Under the pieces are notes generated by a model. It ran no database searches, was not told where the DNA came from, and saw only the letters and a list, made by a program, of their open reading frames with translations. A stretch of DNA of 64,000 nt from Octopus sinensis (taxonomy: Eukaryota): positions 81,592,001-81,656,000 of the forward strand of contig NC_042999.1 of the NCBI RefSeq assembly GCF_006345805.1, written 5' to 3'. The translations under genes were made by a program, and so were the position numbers. Shown piece by piece: positions 13,939 to 26,110 of this stretch. The number at the start of each line of letters is the position of its first letter. Position 1 is the stretch's first letter.

Positions 13939-15018
13939 AGTTAACAAGAATTGTATTGGCATTTATACATTTAGGCAGGTTTAACGGGGTGTTGGTGGGG
14001 GACTTTTTTGGGGGTAGGCATAGCACAAAATATCATACTTGGGGGAGTGGTCAAGGAGTCAGTGTTAAATTAGATAGAAGAATAAATAAAAAAATATAAA
14101 AAGATAAAAAATAAAAAATAAAATTAAAAAAAAATAAAATAAAATAAAAAAACCTATATATAAAAAAACCTATATATAAAAAAAAACAAAAAAAAAACAG
14201 AAAAACCTATATATAAAAAAAGGGGGATAGAGTTTTAGGTAAATAAGGAGATTCTCACTTATACCTATGCACACATGTATACATACATACACACACATGC
14301 AAACATATATACACATACATACACACATACATACACACACATATATATACATATATATACACTTACACATACACATGCATATACATATCTACACATACAC
14401 ATATATGTATACACACACACACTCACATGCATACACGTATACACACATGTATATATACACACACGACCTCACATACATATACGCACAGAAAAATATATAT
14501 ACACATACACACACATACTCACGTACACGCATACACACACATATCCACACACACACATGCACACACAGCACACTAGTCCCTATATACACATATATACACA
14601 TACACACACATATACACACACATACATACATATACATACATGTATACATATACATATGTGTACCTATGCAAACCTACACATACACACATATATATACACA
14701 TACTAATACAGACCCATTCCCTAATTTTAATTTTATTATTTCGTTTATTACTTTTGTTATCTTTGGCCACTTGGTCACAAGCATCTTGGCTATGACAGCC
14801 ATTCCATTCATCTGTCTACTGGAAAACAAGCACTCATTCACTCACGCACACTCTTTAGCACGTACTCTCACTCATTCGTACTCATACATATACACGCACA
14901 CACGCGTTATATTCATACATACATCCATCTACATACATTCACGTATATGAAGGCTAGTCAATATATATACACCAATAAATATAAATACACACACATACAT
15001 ATACACCTACATACAAAT

Positions 15019-15105
<87 letters not shown>

Positions 15106-15552
15106 CATATATATATTCTCATATATATATACATACACATATATACACACACACATATATACACACACATACGCATACACACACATATACATATATATAC
15201 ACTACACGCACATACACATGTACATGCGTACCCATACACACACACACACACGCGCGCATCCATATATACACATAAGTACACACATGCGTAAAAGTATACA
15301 TATATCTATGCTTACACATACACACACACACACGCGCCTCCTTATATTCATACTTACATGCATACTCAAAAAATAAGTAAATAGTAAAATATATATACGC
15401 GCAGTTATTCGTACATGCATACTCAAAAAATAAATAATAAATATTAAGTATATGTACGTGCAGTTACCTATTATATAGACGGATACATACATATAAACTT
15501 ACACACATATATATATATATATATATACATACTTACACATACACACATGTAT

Positions 15553-15583
<31 letters not shown>

Positions 15584-15699
15584 CATATACATACACATAC
15601 TTACACATACACACATGTATACACACACACACACATAATTATATATATATATACATATACACATGCACATACTTATATCTCTACATACTCGCATATACA

Positions 15700-15734
<35 letters not shown>

Positions 15735-15969
15735 CTACATATACACACACATACATATACCCATATACGTGTATATATACACACACACATATATACACAT
15801 CTACAATTTGTATCTACACTCACATACCTGCACATACACATAACTCTACATGCCTACATATACATCGACATACTCGCGTACACTCATATATATACACATA
15901 TATACATATACACACACACATATACACACACACATACATATACATATACATATTCATACATATATATGC

Positions 15970-16017
<48 letters not shown>

Positions 16018-16136
16018 GTGTGTGTATATATATATGTGTGTGTATATATATGTGGGTGTATGTGTATATGGACTTGTATGTATATGTGTGTGTATGTATG
16101 TATATATATATTATTATATAATATATATATATATAT

Positions 16137-16215
<79 letters not shown>

Positions 16216-16501
16216 GCATTATATGTATGTATATGTATATGTATATATGGTGTGTGTGTGTATATGTGTGTGTGTATATGTATTATGTTGTATATATATG
16301 AGTGTACGCGAGTATGTCGATGTATATGTAGGCATGTAGAGGTTATGTGTATGTTGCAGGTATGTGAGTGTAGATACAAATTGTAGATGTGTACATATGT
16401 GTGTGTGTGTATATATACACGTATATGGGTATATGTATGTGTGTGTATATGTAGATATATATATGTATATATATATATATATGTGTATGTGTATGTATAT
16501 G

Positions 16502-16540
<39 letters not shown>

Positions 16541-16910
16541 ATACATGTGTGTATGTGTAAGTATGTATGTATATATATATATGTGTGTGTAAGTTTATAT
16601 GTATGTATCCGTCTATATAATAGGTAACTGCACGTACATATACTTAATATTTATTATTTATTTTTGTGTGTAAGTATGTATATGTATATATATATGCGTG
16701 TGTATGTGTATGTGTATATGTACATATGCGCGTACGCTCGTGTGTTTATGCATATGTAGGTACGTAGAGTTATCTATGTGTGTATTTATATGTACATGTG
16801 TGTAAGTATGTATATATATGTATATATGTATGTGTATGTGTGTGTGTATATATGTAGATGTATATGTATGTATATATGTATGTGTATGTGTATGTGTATA
16901 TATATGTATG

Positions 16911-16977
<67 letters not shown>

Positions 16978-17374
16978 AAGTTTATATGTTGTATCCGTCT
17001 ATATAATAGGTAACTGCACGTACATATACTTATATTTATTATTTATTTTTTGAGTATGCATGTACGAATAACTGCGCGTATATATATTTTACTATTTACT
17101 TATTTTTTGAGTATGCATGTAAGTATGAATATAAGGAGGCGCGTGTGTGTGTGTGTATGTATACTTTTACGCATGTGTGTACTTATGTGTATATATGGAT
17201 GCGCGCGTGTGTGTGTGTGTGTATGGGTACGCATGTACATATGTATGTGCGTGTAGTGTATATATATGTATATGTGTGTGTATGCGTATTTGTGTGTATA
17301 TATGTGTGTGTGTATATGTGTATGTATATATATATGAGAATATATATGTATATATATATATATATGTGTATATA

Positions 17375-17407
<33 letters not shown>

Positions 17408-18535
17408 ATATACATGTATGTATTTGTATGTAGGTGTATATGTATGTGTGTGTATTTATATTTATTGGTGTATATATATTGAGTAGCCTTCTAAGAGTGT
17501 AGACATAAATCTGTAGGTACGCGTACGGATGTGTATATACGTGAATGTATGTAGATGGATGTATGTATGAATATAACGCGTGCGTGCGTGTATGTGTATG
17601 AGTGTACGAATGAGTGAGAGTACGTGCTAAAGAGTGTGCGTGAGTGAATGAGTGCTTGTTTTCCAGTAGACAGATGAATGGACTGGCTGTCATAGCCAAG
17701 ATGCTTGTGACCAAGCGGCCAAAGATAACAAAAGTAATAAACGAAGATAATAAAATTAAAATTAGGGAATGGGTCTGTATTAGTATGTGTATATATATGT
17801 GTGTATGTGTAGGTTTGCATAGGTACACATATGTATATGTATACATGTATGTATATGTATGTATGTGTGTGTATATGTGTGTGTATGTGTATATATGTGT
17901 ATATAGGGACTAGTGTGCTGTGTGTGCATGTGTGTGTGTGGATATGTGTGTGTATGCGTGTACGTGAGTATGTGTGTGTATGTGTATATATATTTTTCTG
18001 TGCGTATATGTATGTGAGGTCGTGTGTGTATATATACATGTGTGTATACGTGTATGCATGTGAGTGTGTGTGTGTATACATATATGTGTATGTGTAGATA
18101 TGTATATGCATGTGTATGTGTAAGTGTATATATATGTATATATATGTGTGTGTATGTATGTGTGTATGTATGTGCATATATGTTTGCATGTGTGTGTATG
18201 TATGTATACATGTGTGCATAGGTATAAGTGAGAATCTCCTTATTTACCTAAAACTCTATCCCCCCTTTTTTATATATAGGTTTTTCTGTTTTTTTTTTAT
18301 ATAGGTTTTTTTATATATAGGTTTTTTTATTTTATTTTTTATTATTTTTTTTTATTTTATTTTTTTATTTTTTCTTTAATATTTTTTTATTTATTCTTCT
18401 ATCTAATTTAACACTGACTCCTTGACCACTCCCCCAAGTATGATATTTTGTGCTATGCCTACCCCCAAAAATCCCCCACCAACACCCCGTTAAACCTGCC
18501 TAAATGTATAAATGCCAATACAATTCTTGTTAACT

Positions 18536-18586
18536 AGCTTCCTGAAGATTTCTCTTGAATGAAACAGTTCTAGTCCTGTAGAAGCT
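18536..18586 (+). ncRNA. type I hammerhead ribozyme motif (family 1)
   Basis: AGCTTC-CTGAAGA-T.TTC[TCTT]GAA.T-GAA-ACAG[TTCTAGTC]CTGT-A-GAAGCT. Stem I is 6 bp and stem III 4 bp, with a GUA site after 18580. The base of stem II is a U.U mismatch. Confidence 0.72.
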
Positions 18587-18615
18587 CCTTCTATATAATA
18601 AATATATATATATAT

Positions 18616-19140
18616 ATATGAATAAATAAATAAAAGAATTTGAACGAAGATGTCAACAAAACTCCTTTACTCTCGACATATGTTTCGAAGACAATATGGC
18701 TCTATTCCAAAGAAATAAATGGTGCAATATGCAATCTTCTCATCAGGAAAGAAAGGGAGCCTCTCTCAACAACAAGACAAAACAATAATTCCGATGATTG
18801 CCTACATGGTAAACAAAACGATAATAAGTGTTTAAAAAAAACATTGGTAGAATTGAAGTCAATTTCAGATAGTAGTAAGAGAAGGGTTAAAGGAATAGTA
18901 AGTAGGGAACAAATAGAGGGAGAGGGGTACGTTGATTAAAAGAATGTTCAAAAGCTTAGGAAAGAATTTATCTATTGAAGCGGGATGCACGTTAAGCTAA
19001 TTGTTCAAAATATAATGGCTATCGAAATCATTTATATGAGTAAAAAGTATGTTTCTGCCAGTGTTTACATTTGTACGATTTCTCTATAAGTGTATTTACA
19101 AGGGGATCCTTGTAAACTTCATTTATTTATTTATTCATAT
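18616..19140 (-). mobile_element. Penelope-like element 3' remnant with short inverted tail
   Basis: Minus strand reads DPLVNTLIEKSYKCKHWQKHTFYSYK* (stop 19028-19030), then a UTR, the hammerhead at 18662-18759 and the tail ...TTTATTTATTTATTCATAT. A 26-bp copy of the tail lies inverted at 19115-19140. Confidence 0.75.
18662..18759 (-). ncRNA. type I hammerhead ribozyme motif (family 2)
   Basis: CTCCCTTTCTTTC-CTGATGA-GAAGA...TCTTC-GAA-ACATATGT-C-GAGAGTAAAGGAG. Intact core, 5-bp base of stem II, palindromic stem III, GUC site at 18675 and extended stem I. Confidence 0.85.
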
Positions 19141-19285
19141 TTAACACACAAATTTCTGCACATGAACCCGGAGTTTCTACCCTTGGACAGGTCGCTTCAA
19201 CCGTGTTTCTGACGTGAATTTGCTACCCTGGTAACGGTTCATCGAATTTTCCATGTTGACGGTAAACATAGGATAATTCATTCAC

Positions 19286-19317
<32 letters not shown>

Positions 19318-19859
19318 ATATATATATAATGTGTATGTATATGTATATATATATTTCTATGTATGTATATATATATATATATATATGTGCATACAATCTT
19401 AAACGCTCTATGTATTTGTATATACACTTACTTCACTATTAATTGTTCCACTTCATATATTCCGATATTCCACTATTACATTTTATATTCAACTTACTGA
19501 GAAGAGTGACGTATTGAACTTTACCATATTGCAGATATTATTACATTGCATGCATGTTTTTCTTGCTTTAAGCACAACAAAATATGAAAATACTTTGAAA
19601 TTACAGATTGAAAATTCAAATGATCTAGGTGTGTTGATGCCGCCTAGTGTCTACGCAAGTAATAGAGTTCTTGAAGATCTTTCCCACGAAATATGAATAA
19701 TAATGATTATTATGAACATTTATGTCTTTTGCACGGAATGTGATAACTATTTAGTAAACACGACGCTTTTGAATAGCTAAATCAGTTGCCACTTGAAAAA
19801 CATTAGAAAATGTACATAGCTTGCTTGTAAGGTTATGTATCCATGTATAAATATGTATA

Positions 19860-20272
19860 GGCGTAGGAGTGGCTGTGTGGTAAATAGCTTGCTAACCAAC
19901 CACATGGTCCCGGGTTCAGTCCCACTGCGTGGCATCTTGGGCAAGTGTCTTCTGCTATAGCTCCGGGCCGACCAATGTCTTGTGAGTAGATTTCGTAGAC
20001 GGAAACTGAAAGAAGCCTGTCGTATATATGTATATATATATATATATGTATGTGTGTGTTTGTGTGTTTGCTGTGTTTGTCCCCCTAGCATTGCTTGACA
20101 ACTTATGGTGGTGTGTTTACGTCCCCGTCACTTAGCGGTTCGGCAAAAGAGACCGATAGAATAAGTACTGGGCTTACAAGGAATAAGTCCCGGGGTCGAT
20201 TTGCTCGACTAAAGGCGGTGCTCCAGCATGGCCGCAGTCAAAATGACTGAAACAAGTAAAAGAGTAAAGAGT
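19860..20272 (+). mobile_element. SINE family A, full length
   Basis: GGCGTAGGAGTGGCTGTGTGGT (A-box-like) and GGGTTCAGTCCC (B-box-like), internal (TA)/(TG) tract, tail GGCGGTGCTCCAGCATGGCCGCAG...GAAACAAGTAAAAGAGTAAAGAG. Confidence 0.9.
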
Positions 20273-20374
20273 ATAATATGTTGGCAGCTTTGAATACCGA
20301 AGCATGTACAGCACTTCTAGCATTAGAGCAACAACAACAGCAACAACAGCAGCAAAGACGAGCACGACAACAAT

Positions 20375-20446
<72 letters not shown>

Positions 20447-20448
<2 letters not shown>

Positions 20449-22109
20449 GAAGGAAAAAATAAGAAAGGAATAATGAAGGAAAAAATAAGAAAGGAATATG
20501 AAGGAAAAAATAAGAAAGGAATATGAAGGAAAAAATAAGAAAGGAATATGAAGGAAAAAATAAGAAAGGAATATGAAGGAAAAAATAAGAAAGGAATAAT
20601 GAAGGAAAAAATAAGAAAGGAATAATGAAGGAAAAAATAAGAAAGGAATACTATAGGAGAATAATGAAGGAAAAAATAAGAAAGGAATACTATAGGAGAA
20701 TAAGGCTTGTACTGAAGACTGAACTCAACTCCAAAAATTGCATTGAGGCCATTAACACCCTGGCACTTCCAGTAGTCCAGTACAGTTTTAATATCATTAA
20801 CTCGAACCTTACGGAACTCTAACGCTTAGACAGGAAGACAAGAAAGTTACTGACATCCAAGAGCATGCACCACCCTAAGGCAGATGTAGACCGCTTGTAC
20901 CTACCTAGAAGCAGCGGGGGGAGAGGAATGATGCAATTAGAGCTGTGCTATAAGACCTCTACTGTAGGAATGAACAGGTACCTATCTAGTACAAAGGACT
21001 GGATGCTGCGACTTGTGTGCGAACACGAAAGCAACAAAAAGCTGCATTCTATTGTCAAGGAAGCCTATAAGTTCGAAAGGGAACTAGACATTAACCTTGA
21101 ATCAGATGAAGAGCCGGAAACCACTGCTACCAAGCAAGCAAAGCGAATCAAGCAGACTGCAAAAAAGAACGGGCAGAATCAATTGAGAGGCGGTGGAGCC
21201 AGAAGCCCCTGCATGGACAATATATTCTCCGAAGCCAAAATGCTGATGTAGACCAAGCAACAACCCATCAGTGGCTGAAGAGCTCTGGATTGAAAGCAGA
21301 GACTGAAGGTTTCATAATGGCAGCACAAGATCAAAGCTTGTTTACCAGAAATTACCAGGCTAACGTTCTCCGAAACGGTACTGACCCTAAATGCAGATTC
21401 TGCGACACATTTGACGAAACGATAGACCATCTCGTTTCGGGATGTCCTGTGCTGACACCAAACGAATACAAAAATCGCCACGATAGGGTAGGACAGTATA
21501 TACATTGGAAGATATGTAAACACTACAAATCCAACACTCCTGCTAACTGGTATGAACACCATCCTCAGCCAGTTGTTGAAGGTAAAGATGTCACCATCCT
21601 CTGGGATTTTCCAGTCAACACTGACAGAACGATCAAGGCTAATCGACCAGACATAATTGTTAAAGACAGGGAAGAAAATACCTGCAGACTAATAGAAGTA
21701 AGCGTCCCCACTGATAAAAATGTATCTGTCAAGGAAGTTGACAAACTTAGTAAATATAAGGACCTGGAAATCGAAATACAGAGGATGTGGAATCTTAAAA
21801 CAAAAACTGTTCCTGTTGTTGTAGGTGCCCTAGGTATGATAAAAAAGGGATGTCAGAAACACCTAGACAATATCCCTGGAAAACCATGTCTCAAGGAAAT
21901 CCAAAAGATTGTGCTAACAAGTACTGCCCACATCCTTAGAAAAACCCTATCAATGTAAATGTCTGTGTTTGCATTACATGGAGACATATCTCTACTTCCA
22001 AGCTTTCAGCTATATTTCAACAACTCTTAACCTTCACTTGCCCTAGGGCGCTGGGTGTGCCCCGGCAGGTGATTGCATCAAACATGCAGATTAAAAGTAA
22101 ATGACAATG

Positions 22110-22110
<1 letters not shown>
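20447..22110 (+). pseudogene. R4/Dong-type non-LTR retrotransposon 3' fragment, copy 1
   Basis: HPKADVDRLYLPRSSGGRG, KAETEGFIMAAQDQ, zinc knuckle CRFC-x7-H-x4-C, restriction-like endonuclease RPDIIVKD...IEVSVP...KLSKYKDL. Stops and frameshifts present; the 3' UTR runs into (TAA)n. Confidence 0.9.
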
Positions 22111-22152
<42 letters not shown>

Positions 22153-22274
22153 TAATAATAATCATAATAATAATAATAATGATGATGATGATGATGATGA
22201 CGATGACAACAACAACAACAATGACACTAATAATAATAATAACAACAACAACAATAATAATAATAATAATAATA

Positions 22275-22318
<44 letters not shown>

Positions 22319-22358
22319 TTATCCTTATTATTAATAATAATAATAATAATAATATTAA

Positions 22359-23733
22359 TTCAATATCGTTAACTAGTCAATTACTGAAATATGTCAGCTC
22401 GACAGAAAAATAAGAAAAATGTTGACAATGCATAGAATGCACCACCCTAAGGCAGATACAAAACGACTTTATCTGCCAAGAAAAGAGAGAGGCCGTTGTC
22501 TTTTGCAACTGGCAATAACAATGAAGATTGCAACAATTGGCCTTGACACCTACCTGAAAAAGTCTGAGGACTGGATGTTAAAACTTGTCTCAAAACATGA
22601 AAACAAGAAAGCATCATACTCAGTAACAAAACAGGCAAAGGTATATCTAAGTGAATTCCGAATACAACCAATTTCGAAATTAGAGATAGACATACAAGAA
22701 ACAAGCACAGAAAAAGCTAGGCGCATGAAAACCCGTGGCAAAACTGCGGCCTTAGATATTCTCAATAATAAATGGCAAGAAAAAACTCTTTATGGCAAAT
22801 ACCCAAAGAGAGCGAATAATGCAGATATTGACAAAGCCCTGACCCATCAATGGCTAATGGCCTCTGGCTTAAAATCTGAAACAGAGGGGTTTATCATAGC
22901 AGCTCAAGATCAATGCCTACCAACAAGAAACTACCAGGCCAACATATTAAAGAACGGCAGTAGCCCAACATGTCGTGTAAACCGACAACAAAATGAAACC
23001 ATTGATCATGTTGTCTCCAAATGCAGTCTTCTAGCGCCTACAGAGTACCTCAACAGGCATGATGGAGCTGCACAATATATTCACTGGATACTTTGCAAAA
23101 ACCTGGATTTGCCCCATGCAAAAGCTGGTGGGAACACAATCCACCTCCAGTGCTTGAAACTGACCGCATCTCACTCCTCTGGAACTTCACCATTCAAACT
23201 GATAGGAAGATAGATGCAAATAGGCAAGACATCATAGTGAAAGACTTCAGACAAAGAACATGCCTCCTCATTGATATGACTGTCCCAATCGATATATACG
23301 TATCTGTCAAGACCTACCAAAAACTGAGCAAATATAAAGATCTTGAAATAGAAATCAGCAAAATGTGGAAGCTGAAGACTAAAACAATACCTGTTGTCAT
23401 AGGTGCCCTGGGAATGATAGCGAAAGGGACTGATTGCTACCTAACTCAGATACCAGGAAACCCCAAAATGGCAGAAATTCAAAAGATAGTGCTCATGGGA
23501 ACTGCTCATATCCTACGAAAAATACTCTCTATGTAATCCCAAGGTTTAAAACAAACATTTTTTTAATTTATTTATTAGACATTCACTAGTAAAACACCAA
23601 AAATAAAAACAAAACAAATATATGGCAGACTAGGCATAACAACAACGTGAACTTCCAGCCTGTTGTCTCTTGAGGTCTCTGGGTGAGACTTCGAGCCTAC
23701 TTGTACAGACATAAAGCAAAAGTCAAACATAGA
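22359..23733 (+). pseudogene. R4/Dong-type non-LTR retrotransposon 3' fragment, copy 2 (different subfamily)
   Basis: HPKADTKRLYLPRKERGR, KSETEGFIIAAQDQ, ETIDHVVSKC, RQDIIVKD...LIDMTVP...KLSKYKDL, stop at 23536; ends GTCAAACATAG then (TAA)n. Confidence 0.9.
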
Positions 23734-23742
23734 ATAATAATA

Positions 23743-23785
<43 letters not shown>

Positions 23786-23814
23786 TAATAACAATAATTA
23801 TTATAATAATGAAA

Positions 23815-24372
23815 ATAAATGCCCTGATGCAGTACCAGGCAGTGGCTCTCATGGCTTCTGATCTTAACTGATGGGAAGTGTTATCATTTACATTGTTTTG
23901 TCTTGGTATAAAAGATGGGCTACAGCAAATATTCTGCTCAATACCACAGATTTGCTTGTCAGTTGTTTGACTTTAACCAGCTGAGCATGTCCCTTAGTGG
24001 CTGACGATATGTGCATCTCTGATCACGAGCAGAAGTAGTGGGGGAGCATCATAGCCATGTGTTGAGAGGGATTCTTTGGGGTTTCAATAATTCACCTCTG
24101 GAAACATGGGTGGTTCTTTCAACATCCTTAAACAACCCTTATTCAGGGACCTTTTAAGCGGGATGGGCTACTCAACTTGAAGAAACTTCTAACTGGGCCC
24201 CACCTGCAAGGTCATGTGCTGTTTATTTTGATATGAGATCACCATGTCGCGCACATATGGTTGTGATGCATGTGCCTGGTGTACCCTTATCAGACGGGTA
24301 GTCATGATGGGTATATTGGGCTTCGTATATTGTACCCGTGTCACTTTGATGGCATGAACTGCTCTCTCACTC
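23815..24372 (+). mobile_element. non-coding repeat ending GCTCTCTCACTC(AAT)n, probably the 3' UTR of another TAA-targeting LINE
   Basis: Bounded on both sides by TAA runs with no coding motif. The family assignment is inference from position and polarity. Confidence 0.5.
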
Positions 24373-24398
24373 AATAATAATGATAATAATAATAATAA

Positions 24399-24463
24399 CC
24401 TTTCTTGAGGTCTCTGGGTGAGACTTGGAGCCAACTTGTACAAATATAAAGCAAAAGTCAAAC

Positions 24464-24465
<2 letters not shown>
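24399..24465 (+). mobile_element. 67-bp 3' tail of the Dong copy-2 subfamily
   Basis: TCTTGAGGTCTCTGGGTGAGACTT...AAAGCAAAAGTCAAACAT matches 23668-23730 with about four substitutions. Confidence 0.88.
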
Positions 24466-24550
<85 letters not shown>

Positions 24551-24554
<4 letters not shown>

Positions 24555-25795
24555 TCCTTAACTGGACACGAAATGAACTGACCAAAATAGATAGGAAAAC
24601 AAGAAAAATAATGACAGGATCTAGGATGCATCACCCAAAATCTGACATAGAAAGACTATATATACAATGTATAGAAGGTGGTAGAGGCCTTATACAGCTG
24701 GAAAACTACTATAAAATAACCACCATAGGACTGCAAAAATATCTACTTCAGAAGGAAGGAAAACCGATCCAGATAGCGGCAAAACACGAGCAAAATAAAA
24801 AACTGTTCTCAGTATTTAAGGAAGCTGACAAATACAAACAAGAAATCCTACACCTAATAAACATGAAGAAGAAGAAGAAGATGAAGAAACAACAAAAGCT
24901 ATAAAACAAATGAAATCCAAACTAAAAATAGAACAGCAACGACCCATGATAAAACGATGGCAAGAAAAGCCCCTTCATGGTAAATACTGGACTAAACTAA
25001 ACGCAAAAGAAATAGACAAAGAAAAATCCCAGCAATGGTTGAGAAGCTCAGGACTCAAAGCAGAAACAGAGGGATTTTTAATTGCAGCACAATTACCAAA
25101 GACATGTAATGAAAAGAAATATTATAAGTAACTGCAGAATATGTGGAGATGGACAAGGAACAATAAATCATATTATCTCTAGCTGCCCAGTCTTGGCTAA
25201 GAAGTAATATATTCACAGACATGACAGAGTTGGAACCTACATACATTGGAAGCTATGCCAACATTACGGAATAACAACAGAAAAAAGATGGTATAGGCAC
25301 ACACCAGAAAAGGTCACAGAAAACGAGAAAGCAACCATACTCTGGGATATGCCGATACACACAGATAGAGAAATTAAGGCCAACAGACCAGATATAGTTG
25401 TCAGAGATCATGAAGGAAAAAAATGCTTTCTAATTGATGTATCAATACCGGCTGATGACAACGTGTCTCTAAAAGAAATGGAGAAACTCTCAAAATACAA
25501 AGACCTGGAAATAGAGGTAACTAGAATGTGGAATCTGAAAACAGAAACAATTCCTATCATAGTAGGTGCATTAGGCATGATAAAAAATATTCAGACAAAT
25601 ACATAACAAAAACACCAGGACTTAGAAACACATATAACATACAGAAAATTGCACTACTAGGCACTGCACACATCCTACGCAGAACACTTTCCATACAATA
25701 ACCATCAGAGCATCACAACAAATCACAGCACATACCCAAGGCACACAGAGCTGTGCTCGGTAGTGAAGTGAAAGCACGCTATAAAAATAAAACTA

Positions 25796-25800
<5 letters not shown>
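24551..25800 (+). pseudogene. R4/Dong-type non-LTR retrotransposon 3' fragment, copy 3 (third subfamily)
   Basis: HPKSDIERLY...GGRG, KAETEGFLIAAQ, RPDIVVRD...LIDVSIP...KLSKYKDL; frameshifted; ends AAAACTACTGAA then (TAA)n. Confidence 0.9.
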
Positions 25801-25875
<75 letters not shown>

Positions 25876-25901
25876 TGATAATAATAATAATAATAATAAT
25901 C

Positions 25902-25944
<43 letters not shown>

Positions 25945-25945
25945 A

Positions 25946-26110
25946 ATTTTGGCACAAGGCCTGTAAGTTCGGAGGGATGGGTAAGTCGATTACATCGACC
26001 CCAGTTTGCAACTAAAACTTATTTAATCGAACCCGAAAGCATGAAAGGCAAAAATTGACCTCGGCGGAATTTGAACTCAGAACATAAAAATAGTCGAAAT
26101 ACCGCAATGT
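25946..26110 (-). mobile_element. SINE family D fragment
   Basis: GTCGATTACATCGACCCCAG...GAAAGGCAAAAATTGACCTCGGCGGAATTTGAACTCAGAAC matches 60031-60422. Confidence 0.8.

Larger units (their letters stand above)
13802..18603. repeat. 4.8-kb imperfect inverted repeat of a microsatellite-rich, hammerhead-ended element
   Basis: 13871 onward is the reverse complement of 18603 backward. The unique blocks 13871-14270 and 14705-14890 recur inverted at 18220-18603 and 17600-17785; the centre is a (TA)-rich tract near 15990. Confidence 0.92.
20385..25942 (+). repeat. (TAA)n array interrupted by five same-orientation retroelement pieces
   Basis: TAA runs at about 20385-20446, 22110-22355, 23735-23815, 24373-24398, 24466-24553 and 25800-25942, with insertions between them. 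Confidence 0.9.

Noticed and set aside
14170-18304. Dozens of His/Thr/Tyr/Ile- or Val/Cys/Tyr-rich ORFs (also at 1387-1675 and 42300-45100)
   Set aside because: They are translations of CA/TA/ATGT microsatellites, which lack stops in several frames.
20447-20702. Regularly spaced 25-26-bp repeats resembling a CRISPR array
   Set aside because: There are no unique spacers; the units are tandem copies of LINE coding sequence in a eukaryotic context.
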